Part shown: positions 9,803-19,861 of the stretch, piece after piece
How positions within the stretch are numbered: position 1 is the stretch's first letter
Layout: each line of letters begins with the position of its first letter
Assembly: GCA_031367385.1 (NCBI GenBank)
Contig: JANLPS010000373.1
Location: 18,650-82,649 of the forward strand
Length of the DNA: 64,000 nt
Direction: 5' to 3'
DNA from: Archangium sp.
GTDB lineage: Bacteria; Myxococcota; Myxococcia; Myxococcales; Myxococcaceae
Notes under the pieces: generated by a model
Told to the model about the DNA's origin: nothing
Seen by the model: the letters and a program-made list of their open reading frames with translations, nothing else
Database searches by the model: none
Translations under genes and position numbers: made by a program

Positions 9803-11827
9803 ATGCGGTTGATGATTGCTCTTGGGTTGGGCGTGCTCCTGGCGGGGTGCCCGACCACGCCCGCTGAATGTGTGCCTGGTGATCAAGTGCCGTGTTACCC
9901 CGGCCCCGCGGCGACCAAGGGCCTCGGGCAGTGTCGAACGGGTTCAGCGCTGTGCAATGCCTCGGGCAAGCCCGGCACCTGCGAAGGCGCCGTGCTGCCG
10001 AACGCTGAGCTGTGCGACGGCGAAGACAACGACTGCGATGGGTTCATCGACGAGGGGGTTCAGAACGCGTGCGGAGGCTGCACCGTGCTCGAGCATTCTG
10101 TCGGCGCGCCGTGCCCGCCATGCGGTACGTATGTGTGCGCGGGGCTCGAGCTGTTGCAGTGCAGCGGCGGCGAGGTGAACAACTGCGGCCAATGCGGCAA
10201 ACCAGACGTGCCGGGGCTGGGTGCCAAGTGCAACGCCGATGATGGGTGTGCCGGCATGACCGCCTGCCCGACCGATGGCGGCGTTCGTGCGGCCTGCGAC
10301 GCGAAGGGCAAGAACAACTGCGGTGTGTGCGGGCAGCCGAACGTGCCGAACGTGGGTCAGAGCTGCTCGACGGGCGGGTGCTCAGGCGTCTTGAAGTGCG
10401 ACACCGCGGGCACTGGCTCTGCGTGTGGTGGGCCGGGCCGAAACAATTGCAATGCCTGCGGGCAGCCCGACGTGCCGAACATCGGCGTGCGCTGTGAGTT
10501 GGCTGGCGTGGTGTGCGGCGTGCTGACCTGCAACGCCGCGGGTACGGGAGGCGACTGCAAGGCCTCGAGCGATGATCCCGACTCCGATGGTGTCGGCAAC
10601 CCCTGCGACAATTGCCCCGACGTGGCGAACACCGCGCAGCAAGACGCTGATCAAGACGGCAAGGGTGACGTGTGTGACAACTGCCCGCTGGTGGCGTCGA
10701 CTGACGTGACCGACGGCGACCGCGATGGCGTGGGCGATGTCTGCGACAACTGCAAGACGGTGGCGAACCCCGATCAGGCCGACGCTGATCATGACGGCAA
10801 GGGCGACGCGTGTGACTCCGACGCAGACAACGATGGCGTCAGCAACGCGACAGACAACTGCGTCTCGGTCGCGAACCCGTCGCAACTCGATACCGACAAA
10901 GACGGCAAGGGCGACGCGTGCGACAACTGCACGGGCAAGGCGAACCCCGGCCAAGAAGACGGCGATGCCGATGGCGTGGGTGACCTGTGTGACAACTGCT
11001 CGAAGGTGTCGAACGCCTCGCAGAGTGACACCGACTCCGACACGGTTGGCGATGTCTGTGACAACTGTCTGGCGCTGAGCAACGTGAGCCAGCTCGACGC
11101 CGACAATGACGGGCGGGGCGACGTGTGTGACAACTGCCCGTCGATCGCGAACGCAGATCAGTTCGACGCCGACGCCGACAACCGCGGCGATCTCTGCGAC
11201 ATCGTGATCAGCGAGTTTGCGGCCGCAGGGCCAGCGGGTGCTGACGATGAGTTCATCGAGCTGTACAACGGGAGCACCACCACGGTGAGCCTCGCCGGGT
11301 GGTTGGTGCAGTATCGGGCCACGGCGTCGAGCTCGGCGTGGTCGACGATCAGTGTGCTGCCCAAGACCGCGATGATCCCCTCGCATGGGTTTTACCTGTT
11401 CGTCTCAGGTGGAGCGGCTGGGTACAGCGGCACCACGCCGGCTGACTTCGTCGCGGTCACGACGTCGGGCACGCCCAAACCGATTCAAATGAAGAGCGAC
11501 TCGGCGCACCTCCGGCTCGCCTTGCCGGGTGGTGGCGCGGCGGTGGGGCCGATTGACGTGCTGATCAGTGACACGGTGGCCTACGGGTCGGTGGCGGTGG
11601 CGGGTGAGGGCGCTCCGGTGCTGGCGGCGCCCTGGGGTACGTCGAGCCCCTACTCGTCGGGCAGCCTCGAGCGCAAAGCGACCGCGGCCTCGACCTCAGG
11701 GTCGATGGGCACCGCCGGAGCCGAGGCGACCGCTGGCAACAACCGAGACAGCAATTCGAACGTCGATGACTTCGTGACCCGAGCGTCGAGGCAGCCGCAG
11801 AGCAGCACGTCGCCGCAAGAACCTTGA
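9803..11827 (+). CDS. Lipoprotein with Cys-rich repeats, thrombospondin type 3 repeats and C-terminal lamin-tail domain
   Basis: LAGC lipobox; NNCGxCGxPDVP repeats; ~10 DxDxDGxGDxCDNC repeats; IVISEF...DEFIELYN...LAGW lamin-tail motif. Confidence 0.85.
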   Translation: MRLMIALGLGVLLAGCPTTPAECVPGDQVPCYPGPAATKGLGQCRTGSALCNASGKPGTCEGAVLPNAELCDGEDNDCDGFIDEGVQNACGGCTVLEHSVGAPCPPCGTYVCAGLELLQCSGGEVNNCGQCGKPDVPGLGAKCNADDGCAGMTACPTDGGVRAACDAKGKNNCGVCGQPNVPNVGQSCSTGGCSGVLKCDTAGTGSACGGPGRNNCNACGQPDVPNIGVRCELAGVVCGVLTCNAAGTGGDCKASSDDPDSDGVGNPCDNCPDVANTAQQDADQDGKGDVCDNCPLVASTDVTDGDRDGVGDVCDNCKTVANPDQADADHDGKGDACDSDADNDGVSNATDNCVSVANPSQLDTDKDGKGDACDNCTGKANPGQEDGDADGVGDLCDNCSKVSNASQSDTDSDTVGDVCDNCLALSNVSQLDADNDGRGDVCDNCPSIANADQFDADADNRGDLCDIVISEFAAAGPAGADDEFIELYNGSTTTVSLAGWLVQYRATASSSAWSTISVLPKTAMIPSHGFYLFVSGGAAGYSGTTPADFVAVTTSGTPKPIQMKSDSAHLRLALPGGGAAVGPIDVLISDTVAYGSVAVAGEGAPVLAAPWGTSSPYSSGSLERKATAASTSGSMGTAGAEATAGNNRDSNSNVDDFVTRASRQPQSSTSPQEP

Positions 11828-11835
11828 GCCAAGGT

Positions 11836-12415
11836 TCAATGCTTCACGAGTAACGTTGGGTCGACGAGCGCCGTGGTGTCGAGGATCATCGTTTCGCGAT
11901 CAACGCTGGCCAGCTTCGACCCATCGGCCGAGAGGTTCAGCGAACCGACTCGCAGACACGGCGAACCAAGGTGTTGGCGTGTTGATGGGGCGCTCCCACA
12001 GAGGGGTCGCGGCCCCTTTCTTCCACACTCGAACGACCGCGCTCTTGGCCGTGCTCGTGTTTTCATTACTCTCGACCGACGGCGATCTCACTGCCCGTGT
12101 CGAGCGCAGTCACCCGTATTTGCCCCTTGGTGTAAAGCGCCGCGACGCGGGCATCACTCGAAGTCGCCGAGGTGCCAATGGGGTACCCGCGGCCGTGAAC
12201 CGGTATGAAAAACTGCGGTCAACGGCGCCCGTCGTCACGTCTCACACTTGAAATTCGGTGCTGGTTTGTACCGCGAGGTGGGTCGCGTCGATGAAGTGCT
12301 TCGAGTTGACGGTGTTGAGCTGTGCCGGCGAATGCTCCGCGAGCACCTTGCGATCGAACGAGCGCTGCGTGCAGCCGAGCACCGCGAAGAAGGGAATACA
12401 GACCCAAGGCCTCAT
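11836..12415 (-). pseudogene. Decayed WD40/beta-propeller lipoprotein
   Basis: VLGC lipobox, then FQV*DVTTG (TGA where W is expected). Fragments ATSSDARVAALYTKGQIRV, VVRVWKKG and LSADGSKLASVD lie in shifting frames. Confidence 0.5.
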
Positions 12416-12446
12416 GACCGACGACAGGACATCACCAGCTCGAGGG

Positions 12447-13553
12447 CTATGCGTACGGAGAGCGTTCGGTTGGGTCGACGCCCGTGAATTCTTCGACCGA
12501 CAACCCCTTCGCAAGCGCTCGATGCTCGCTCGAGCCCAGCGTCGACAACAGGTCTTCAGGGCCGTGAACGAAGCGGCGCTCGAGGGCCGCCAAGCGTGCC
12601 CGCGAGGCCTCGAGCCGCTCGACTGACAGCCGCCCGCTCTCGACCGCCTTGACCACTGCATCGATCGCGCTCCATTGACGCGTCGCCAGGTGGCAGACCA
12701 AGAACAAGTCGACCCCCGCCTCGAGCCCTTCGACCACCGCGCGCTCAATCGAGTAGTGATCAGCGATCGCCTTCATCTCGAGATCATCACTGACGATGAC
12801 GCCTTCGAAGCCGAGCTGATTTCGCAACAGGTCGGTCAGCACGGCCCGGCTCATCGTCGCGGGCTTCTCGGGCTCTATGGCGTCGAAGATCACGTGCGCC
12901 GTCATCAACGACGCCAGGCCCGCGCGGGCGTAGGCCTCGAACGGCACCAGCTCGACTTGCCGCAGCCGCTCGAGGTGATGCGGGAGCCTCGGCAGGTCGA
13001 GGTGCGAGTCTTGATCAGTGTCTCCATGACCTGGAAAATGCTTGCCGCACGATGCGACACCTTGGGCCTCGAGGCCGCGCGCCATCGCGACGCCGAGTCG
13101 GCCCACTTCGGCGGGGTCGTGATGAAACGAGCGATCGCCGATGACCGGGTTCTTCGAGTTGGTGTCGACGTCGAGCACGGGCGCGAAGTCCCAATCGAAG
13201 CCGACGGCTCGAACTTCGTACCCCAACAATCGGCCGACCCGCTCGGCGAGCGCCGCGTCTCGGTTTTTCGCGAGCGTGCGAAGGGGAGGCACTGCAGTGA
13301 ACGGTGGTCCTCTCAGGCGGGCGACCCGGCCGCCTTCTTGATCGACCGCGGCGATCAGCGGCCGCCCGGCCCGGGTCTTGAGCGCGTTGATCAGCGACGA
13401 GGTCTGCTCGGCTGATTCGATGTTGCGCTTGAACAAGATCACTCCGCCAACGCCGGCGTCGATCAGCTCGAGCACCTCGTCATCGGGTCTCGCCCGGGGA
13501 AAACCCACCATGAACAGACTGGCTGCAAGTCGGCGGAGCTCTGAAGTCGACAC
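12447..13553 (-). CDS. nagZ: Beta-N-acetylhexosaminidase (GH3)
   Basis: AVDQEGGRVARL, APVLDV, KHFPGHG..DSH and SDDLEM motifs. Confidence 0.93.
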   Translation of the reverse strand: MSTSELRRLAASLFMVGFPRARPDDEVLELIDAGVGGVILFKRNIESAEQTSSLINALKTRAGRPLIAAVDQEGGRVARLRGPPFTAVPPLRTLAKNRDAALAERVGRLLGYEVRAVGFDWDFAPVLDVDTNSKNPVIGDRSFHHDPAEVGRLGVAMARGLEAQGVASCGKHFPGHGDTDQDSHLDLPRLPHHLERLRQVELVPFEAYARAGLASLMTAHVIFDAIEPEKPATMSRAVLTDLLRNQLGFEGVIVSDDLEMKAIADHYSIERAVVEGLEAGVDLFLVCHLATRQWSAIDAVVKAVESGRLSVERLEASRARLAALERRFVHGPEDLLSTLGSSEHRALAKGLSVEEFTGVDPTERSPYA

Positions 13554-14031
13554 CGCCCCAGACTTAGCGCGATTCTTGAATCGTTTTGCCCATCACGTCG
13601 GCAGCCAGGGCAAACAATTGTGCGACGGCGCGCGCCACCGACTCGCCACCCAACTCATAGTCGAGGTTCGAGCGGTGATGGTGATGCCGGTGCTGCCCGA
13701 CCCAGCCTGAGGAGACCTCTTGCCTGGGCAAACAGTGGCGGGTCTCGATGTTTTGGGCGAAGCGCTCGAACATCGCCCGGCGGTTGGAGGTAAGTCTTTG
13801 CCGCGCGTCGGCTTTCTGCCAGTCGGGCATCGCGCCACGCCGAACACTGTTCATCAGGTTGCGGGAGTCGACCGCGTCGAAGGGGCTGGGTGCGTGAATC
13901 CGACTTCTCGCGAGCTGCGAAAGCCGACGAAACCCGTGAAATCGTTTCGAATCAGCCCACCCGGGTTTTGAAGTTCAAGGGCCGAGCCGCAGTTGGCGCC
14001 TCCGATGCTCAGCGCTGGCTCGATGTAATCG

Positions 14032-14466
14032 TCACTCCATCAGCTTGTTCATCACCGCCTCTGAGCGTCGCAGCCCGACGGTGGCGAGCACTGCTTTCGC
14101 GGCCGGGTTCTTGGCGAGCACGGCTTCGACCGCCGCGCGGGGGAAGCTGATCACCTCTGCTTGAGCGCTCACCGTGACGGTGGCTTGTCGTTTCACGCCC
14201 GAAAACATCGCTTGTTCGCCGAAGACCTGGCCTGCAGTGAGCGTGTCGATGGCTTTTTCGGTGCCGAGGTCGTCGACGGTCACCCGGGCTTCGCCTTTCG
14301 AGAGCACGTAGAGCATGTCGGCGGGGTCGCCTTCGCGGCACAGCACGTGGCCTGGTGCGAAGTTTTGTTTGATCGCAGACGCCAGCAGCTCACGGCGACC
14401 CTCGACGTCCAGCGCTTCGAACAGCTTCGAGACCTTGGCCAGCTCGTCAACGTCGGGTTCGCTCAT
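14032..14466 (-). CDS. Stand-alone cyclic nucleotide-binding domain protein
   Basis: REGDPADMLYVL.KG and GQVFGEQAM....RQATV. Confidence 0.88.
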   Translation of the reverse strand: MSEPDVDELAKVSKLFEALDVEGRRELLASAIKQNFAPGHVLCREGDPADMLYVLSKGEARVTVDDLGTEKAIDTLTAGQVFGEQAMFSGVKRQATVTVSAQAEVISFPRAAVEAVLAKNPAAKAVLATVGLRRSEAVMNKLME

Positions 14467-14550
14467 GGTGGCCAAAGCCTACACAAGGGCGCGTCGAGTG
14501 CGGCGGTCTGTTTCAGCTGCAGGGCATTCGGTGACGGCTTGAATCAGCGC

Positions 14551-14590
14551 GCCCCGTGAAGCGGCTGGGCATTCACGGGGCGGCCTTTTT
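14551..14590. terminator. Hairpin just downstream of the PHB depolymerase gene
   Basis: Stem GCCCCGTGAA/TTCACGGGGC; the T-run follows on the + strand, so orientation is ambiguous. Confidence 0.45.
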
Positions 14591-14593
14591 TCG

Positions 14594-15976
14594 CTACGGG
14601 CAGCGGCCGGCTTCGAAATAGCCGGGCTTCGTCTCGCGCACCCATGAGGTGAAGTAGAGGTTCCACAAGCCGAGGTCGTCGTTTGCGCCGATGGTGCATG
14701 CGCGCCCGTTGTTCGGCTGGCAGAGCGCAGCGCGATGCGCCGTGGTGTGTGCGTAGTTGTTGGAGAAACTCTCGGTGCAGGTTGAACCGCTGCCCCCGCC
14801 GGAACCGCCGCCACTGCCCCCGCCGGAACCGCCGCCACTGCCGCCGCCGAAACCGCCGCCACTGCCGCCGCCGGAACCGCCGCCACTGCCGCCGCCGGAA
14901 CCGCCGCCACTGCCGCCGCCGGAACCGCCGCCACTGCCGCCGCCGGATCCACCACCGCCACCTGATCCACCACCGCTGCCGCCGCCCGCGCCACCGCCGG
15001 TGTTGTCACCATCCACGAGGCCGAAGAACACCGCCGCGTACGTCGTCGAGCAGATGCCCACGTCGAGAATGAACGCACCGGCGGTGCCGCACCCATGGGC
15101 CGGGTCGACGGGCGTGCCGTGGCTCATCTTCGCAATTCGCCACGACTCGACGCGCACCACGCCGTCAGCTGAAGCGAACCGGGTCACCGTCGCCGCGCCA
15201 ACCGTCTGCGTCGTGGTCGGCGTGGCATTCACGCCGTGCACATTCGTCCACTGCAGAATCTCTTCGTCGGCATTCGCCGGCACGACCACGCCATCACTCG
15301 TGCCGTGCCAAATCGCCACGCGCGGGTACGTCGCAGGCACCGGAGCCCCGCTACGAACCAGGTCTCCCCACTGCGTCGCCGAGAGATTCTTGCTGCCGAA
15401 CATGCAGCTGTACGCATCGTTCTGCGAATCAGCGCAGCGATAGGGCAACCCGGCCATCACCGCACCGGCGGTGAACACCTCCGGGTAGGCCGCCAACATG
15501 ACCGAGGTCATCGCGCCTCCGGCCGAGAGCCCGGTCACGTAGACCTTGCCCACCGGGTACCGCGCCTTGATCGAATCGACCATCTGCACCACCGAGAGCG
15601 CCTGCCCCGCGCCGCGTCGCGCGTTGGCCGGGTCGTACCAGGCGAAGCAATTGCCGTTCGCCGTGGTCTGCGGGTACACGATGATCGCGCCAATCGAGTC
15701 GGCCAGCGTGTTCCACCCGGCCATCACGTAGGCGCTCGCGCTCTGCGTGCACCCGTGCATCGCGACGATCACCGGCACGTTGCGCGCGGCGACTTTGGCC
15801 GGCACGTACTCAAACATCGTCAGATTGCCGGGGTTCGAACCAAACGAGCTCACTTGGGTGAGCTTCGAGGTCGACGTGCCCACTGCTGCGACCTCAGCAT
15901 TCAGGCTGGCCGACTCAAGCCCGCACGCCGCAAATCCAACTCCGAGAAACACCGCTGCCAATGTCGATGAACGCAT
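14594..15976 (-). CDS. phaZ: Extracellular PHB depolymerase family esterase with Gly/Ser linker and C-terminal substrate-binding-like domain
   Basis: FGSNPGNL, MHGCTQ, GLSAG lipase box, WHGTSD and HGTPV; C-terminal SNNYAH...RA. Confidence 0.85.
   Translation of the reverse strand: MRSSTLAAVFLGVGFAACGLESASLNAEVAAVGTSTSKLTQVSSFGSNPGNLTMFEYVPAKVAARNVPVIVAMHGCTQSASAYVMAGWNTLADSIGAIIVYPQTTANGNCFAWYDPANARRGAGQALSVVQMVDSIKARYPVGKVYVTGLSAGGAMTSVMLAAYPEVFTAGAVMAGLPYRCADSQNDAYSCMFGSKNLSATQWGDLVRSGAPVPATYPRVAIWHGTSDGVVVPANADEEILQWTNVHGVNATPTTTQTVGAATVTRFASADGVVRVESWRIAKMSHGTPVDPAHGCGTAGAFILDVGICSTTYAAVFFGLVDGDNTGGGAGGGSGGGSGGGGGSGGGSGGGSGGGSGGGSGGGSGGGSGGGSGGGFGGGSGGGSGGGSGGGSGGGSGSTCTESFSNNYAHTTAHRAALCQPNNGRACTIGANDDLGLWNLYFTSWVRETKPGYFEAGRCP
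14788..14998 (-). repeat. 12/24-bp tandem repeat encoding a (GGGS)n linker
   Basis: Repeated ccgccgccactgccgccgccggaa units inside the depolymerase CDS. Confidence 0.9.
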
Positions 15977-16255
15977 GCCCCAGACCATGAGCAACCCTCA
16001 TGCCGCAGCGCGTCTTAGAGTGAGAAACCACCTCTGCCTACAAGGGTTTAGCCGCTGCCCGGCCAGTCCCACTGTCCGCAAACTGAGACAGGTTGTGTTC
16101 AGCCACTTAACAGCGGCGGGTATTATTCTGACGCATCACAGCATGAACCAAACGTCATATTCGTCTTGCCATCGAGACGTCGCTGTGGTGTTGCGCCCCC
16201 CGCGCGGGCCACCTGCACGGCGCGCATTCACGAATTCATTTCTAGGAGCAGAACC

Positions 16256-16951
16256 ATGAAGAACCTTCTCTTTGCCTCACTCGCGGTAACCCTCTTGACG
16301 GTGGCCTGCGGCGCGCCGACGACCACCACCACCGACTCGGGCACGGTCGTCACTGTCGACGCAGGCACGGTTGACGCGGGCACGCCCGTGAAGACCTACA
16401 CCTGCGACAACAAGACCAAGACCACGACCGTCATGTTCACCTCGAACACGCTGGTCATCTCGAACGTGAAAGACGCGGCGGCCAGCTGCTTCGACATTCT
16501 CGCGAGCTACACCGGCTTCGCGCAAGAAGGCCGCGGCAGCATCTCAGCCGACGGCAAGACCGTCATTCTCGAGCTCTACTTCAAAGACAAGACCATCGGT
16601 CACTCGTGCGCTGACGGCGCGGTCGGCTCGTCGACCGTGAAGTTCGCGGCCGTCGGCGGCGCGGCTCCGGTTGCGTTCACTGGCAATGCGCAGCAGACCT
16701 ACCGCATCGCCACTGGCGGAGCGGCCGGCGACTACAGCACCGGCGCCAAGATCACCGCGTACTTCAGCGGCAAGACGATGGTCATGACGGGCTCAGACAT
16801 CCCCTCCTCGCCGGTTGGTTACAGCCAGAACCTGAACCTGGGTGCGGCCTCGCAGTGCTACAACAAAGTGACGATCACCACGGCCGGCGCCGCTGGTCAG
16901 GAAAACTTCACGGTCGTTTCTGATCTCGGCCAGCTGAACGTCAACCCGTAA
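16256..16951 (+). CDS. Hypothetical lipoprotein
   Basis: AGGAG RBS; LLTVAC lipobox; DSG/DAG linker; strong codon bias. Confidence 0.85.
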   Translation: MKNLLFASLAVTLLTVACGAPTTTTTDSGTVVTVDAGTVDAGTPVKTYTCDNKTKTTTVMFTSNTLVISNVKDAAASCFDILASYTGFAQEGRGSISADGKTVILELYFKDKTIGHSCADGAVGSSTVKFAAVGGAAPVAFTGNAQQTYRIATGGAAGDYSTGAKITAYFSGKTMVMTGSDIPSSPVGYSQNLNLGAASQCYNKVTITTAGAAGQENFTVVSDLGQLNVNP

Positions 16952-16974
16952 TTCTCAACAGCCATTGATTTCAA

Positions 16975-17014
16975 GAGAGCCGGGTGCTGCTGCGGCCCGG
17001 CTCTCGTTGTTTCT
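16975..17014 (+). terminator. Intergenic hairpin (terminator or mRNA stabiliser)
   Basis: Stem GAGAGCCGGG/CCCGGCTCTC followed by GTTGTTTCT. Confidence 0.55.
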
Positions 17015-17035
17015 ACTCGTCGACTTCGGTGAACC

Positions 17036-18679
17036 ATGGTCTTGCGCTCGATGATTCGCACTGGGTGTTTTGCTCTCTTGCTGGCGGCCAGTGTGGCCGC
17101 GGCCGAGGGCCCGGTCGCCCCTCTCAACCTCGACCCGTTGCCCGACTACAAAGATCTGAAGAGCCGTGAAAACGACGGCCCGCTCTCTGATTTTCGACTG
17201 ATCAGCTACTTCTTCGCCCGCACTTCGCTCACCAACGTCATCGGCAACCCCTCTGGGCTGCGCGGCGTGTCGCTCGGGCCCTACGGCCTGCCCAACGGCT
17301 CAGCGGTGCAGATCGGCGCGATCAACAACTTCTACGTCGACCAACGGTGGATACCCGTCATCGAGTACACGCCGTTCTTCTTCGACGGCCTGGCCAGCGT
17401 GCGCGCGCAATTCGAGATCGACTACATGTGGGGCCTCGCTGCGAACACCACCCAGCCCAACCAGGGTGGCGGCTTCAACGCCGACCAGGTCAACATTCAG
17501 ACCAAGAACGTCAACGTCGCGATCTACCCGTTCAAGAAGCAGAAGCCCCTGTCGATCGTGATTGGTACCCAGACGGTGTACGACACGATTCTCGACCCCG
17601 CGACCAACTCGCTCTTCGAGTTGCAGAAGAGCGGCTACAAGTTCAGCTACCTCGCCTCTGACGCCACCGGCATCTCGGTCTACGGCAACATGGGCCAGCA
17701 CCGCTTCAAGGTGAGCCTCTTGCCGCTCTCGGCCGCGCAGCCCGACGTGGTCACGCAGAACAACCCGTCGCTCTTCTTCGTGATTCTGGCCACCGCCGAC
17801 TACTCGTGGTCGCCGATGCCGGGCACCCACCTCGGCCTCTCGGTGTGGACGATGCGCGACGAGACCAAGGGCAAGGCGTTCGCCTACGAGGGCCTGGTCT
17901 ACAACGGCCCCAGCAGCCCGGGCTTGGCGGCGTTCACCGGCGCTCCGCGGTTCGCGATCGATGCTCCGCGCGGCGGCGTGTCGTGGTTCGGCTTCAACTT
18001 TCAGCACAACCTGAACTTCAACCACGGCCCGCTGGCGGCGTCGGGCTTCGTGATGGTGAACAAGGGTCGCTACATCAGCACCAGCACCACCACCACCAAC
18101 CCCAAAGACCTCGACATCTTCGGCGTGGGCGCGAACCTCGAGTTCGTCTACCACTACGGTCGCACGCCGGCCGACGTCATCTCGCTCGAAGGCATGTTCA
18201 CCTCGGGTGACTCGAACCCCGAAGACAACCAGTACAGCGGCGTGTTCACGATGAACACCTACGGCTTGCCGGGCGCGGTCTGGTTCAACAGCAAGACGCT
18301 CCTGCTTTTCCCCTTCACCAGCACCATCAACAACTACACCGGCGCGATCAACGACATCTCGAACCAGGGCTACGGCATGTCGGCCGCGGTGTTGGCCGCG
18401 ACGCGCGACCTGGTGCCGAACATTCTCTCGCTCAAGTTGGGCACCGCGCTGGCGTGGGCGAACGCGGTACCGGGCGACTCCATCGGCATCTCGGAGGGCA
18501 CCCGCGGCCGCTTCGTCGGCTTCGAGATGAACGCCGAGCTCAAGTGGCAGATTCGCTACTTGATGACGGTCGGTCTGCACGGCGCCTACATGGTGCGTGG
18601 CGACTTCTACACCAACGTCTCGCGCGTCACCGAAAACCCCTACGCGCTGTTCACCACCTTCACCTGGTACGGGTTCTAA
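17036..18679 (+). CDS. Probable outer-membrane beta-barrel protein
   Basis: Signal peptide, alternating amphipathic strands, C-terminal aromatic end (FTTFTWYGF). Confidence 0.7.
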   Translation: MVLRSMIRTGCFALLLAASVAAAEGPVAPLNLDPLPDYKDLKSRENDGPLSDFRLISYFFARTSLTNVIGNPSGLRGVSLGPYGLPNGSAVQIGAINNFYVDQRWIPVIEYTPFFFDGLASVRAQFEIDYMWGLAANTTQPNQGGGFNADQVNIQTKNVNVAIYPFKKQKPLSIVIGTQTVYDTILDPATNSLFELQKSGYKFSYLASDATGISVYGNMGQHRFKVSLLPLSAAQPDVVTQNNPSLFFVILATADYSWSPMPGTHLGLSVWTMRDETKGKAFAYEGLVYNGPSSPGLAAFTGAPRFAIDAPRGGVSWFGFNFQHNLNFNHGPLAASGFVMVNKGRYISTSTTTTNPKDLDIFGVGANLEFVYHYGRTPADVISLEGMFTSGDSNPEDNQYSGVFTMNTYGLPGAVWFNSKTLLLFPFTSTINNYTGAINDISNQGYGMSAAVLAATRDLVPNILSLKLGTALAWANAVPGDSIGISEGTRGRFVGFEMNAELKWQIRYLMTVGLHGAYMVRGDFYTNVSRVTENPYALFTTFTWYGF

Positions 18680-18682
18680 ATC

Positions 18683-19861
18683 ATGAGCTCACGACTTTTG
18701 ATGATCGCCGCTGTCTGTGCCGCATTGATCAGCGCTGGCTGCGTCAAGCGCTACAGCGACTCGCCGCCGCTCGCCTTCGCCGACGTGCCGTACGTGGGCC
18801 CGACCGGCACCGTGTGGCCGCTCAAGAGCGTTCAGCTCGAGGGAGCGAAGGCCCGCTACAACCTGGGCCACGCCCCGACCTTGCGCTACGTCGAGCTCAA
18901 CGAGACCGGCACCACCACCGTGGTCTTTCTTCACGGCCTGGGCAGCTATCTGAAGTTCTGGCGCTCGCAGCTCGACGAGACCGCGGCCAAGGGCTACCGG
19001 GTCATCGCGATTGATCAGCTCGGCTTCGGTAAGTCAGAGAAGCCGGCGACGTTTCCGTACACCACTGAATCGTTTGCCGAAAACGTGGTCGAGGTGCTCG
19101 ACCTGCTGCACATCGACAAGGCGATTCTGGTCGGCCACTCAATGGGCGGGCAGACTGCGCTTTCGACGGCGATTCGATACCCCGACCGCGTCTCGGCGCT
19201 GGCGTTGGTGAGCCCCGCAGGCTTCGAGGTGTTCTCGACCCGCGAGCAGAAGTGGTTCAAGAACGTGTACTCGCGCGCGCTGGTCATCGGCCAAGACGAA
19301 GAGGGCATCTGGGGCAACATTCGTGAGCTGAACTTTCAGAAATGGGTGCCTGATCACGAGTGGTTGGTTGAGGAGCGGGTTCGCGAGTCAAAGCCGGTCG
19401 CCGAGGGGCTCGAAGACGCCGAAAAAGCCGCCGCTGCCGCACGCAGCAAGCCGGGCGCAGACCTGGCCGCCATCGACGCCGAAGAGAAGGCCGCCAAGGC
19501 GCTCGCGGTGGCCCAGGCCAAAGAGTTCGACTCGTATGCCTACGCGCAGGTGCGCACCGTCGAAGGCCTGACCCAGAACAACTTCGTGCGCGAATCGCTC
19601 AACAAGGTGCAGGCGCCGACCGTCATCATCTACGGCAGCGGCGATCGCTTGATACCCAACATGTTCTTGCACGGAGGCTTCACCAAGACGGTGATGGCCG
19701 TCGGCCAGGCCGGCATACCCGGCAGTCAGCTGGTCGAGCTGGAGGGCTGCGGCCACACGCTGCAGCTCGACTGCACCGCCGAGTTCAACAAGACCCTGTT
19801 CGAGTTTCTCGCCAAGGTCAGCACCGCCAGCACGACGACTACCGCTGCGGCGGCGCACTGA
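18683..19861 (+). CDS. Alpha/beta hydrolase lipoprotein
   Basis: SAGC lipobox; FLHGLG, DQLGFGKS, GHSMGG, GSGDRLIP and CGH triad motifs. Confidence 0.9.
   Translation: MSSRLLMIAAVCAALISAGCVKRYSDSPPLAFADVPYVGPTGTVWPLKSVQLEGAKARYNLGHAPTLRYVELNETGTTTVVFLHGLGSYLKFWRSQLDETAAKGYRVIAIDQLGFGKSEKPATFPYTTESFAENVVEVLDLLHIDKAILVGHSMGGQTALSTAIRYPDRVSALALVSPAGFEVFSTREQKWFKNVYSRALVIGQDEEGIWGNIRELNFQKWVPDHEWLVEERVRESKPVAEGLEDAEKAAAAARSKPGADLAAIDAEEKAAKALAVAQAKEFDSYAYAQVRTVEGLTQNNFVRESLNKVQAPTVIIYGSGDRLIPNMFLHGGFTKTVMAVGQAGIPGSQLVELEGCGHTLQLDCTAEFNKTLFEFLAKVSTASTTTTAAAAH

Noticed and set aside
14479..15443. Repetitive ORFs (poly-Pro, CRRRNRRH, AAVAAVP)
   Set aside because: Alternative-frame shadows of the (GGGS)n linker in the depolymerase.
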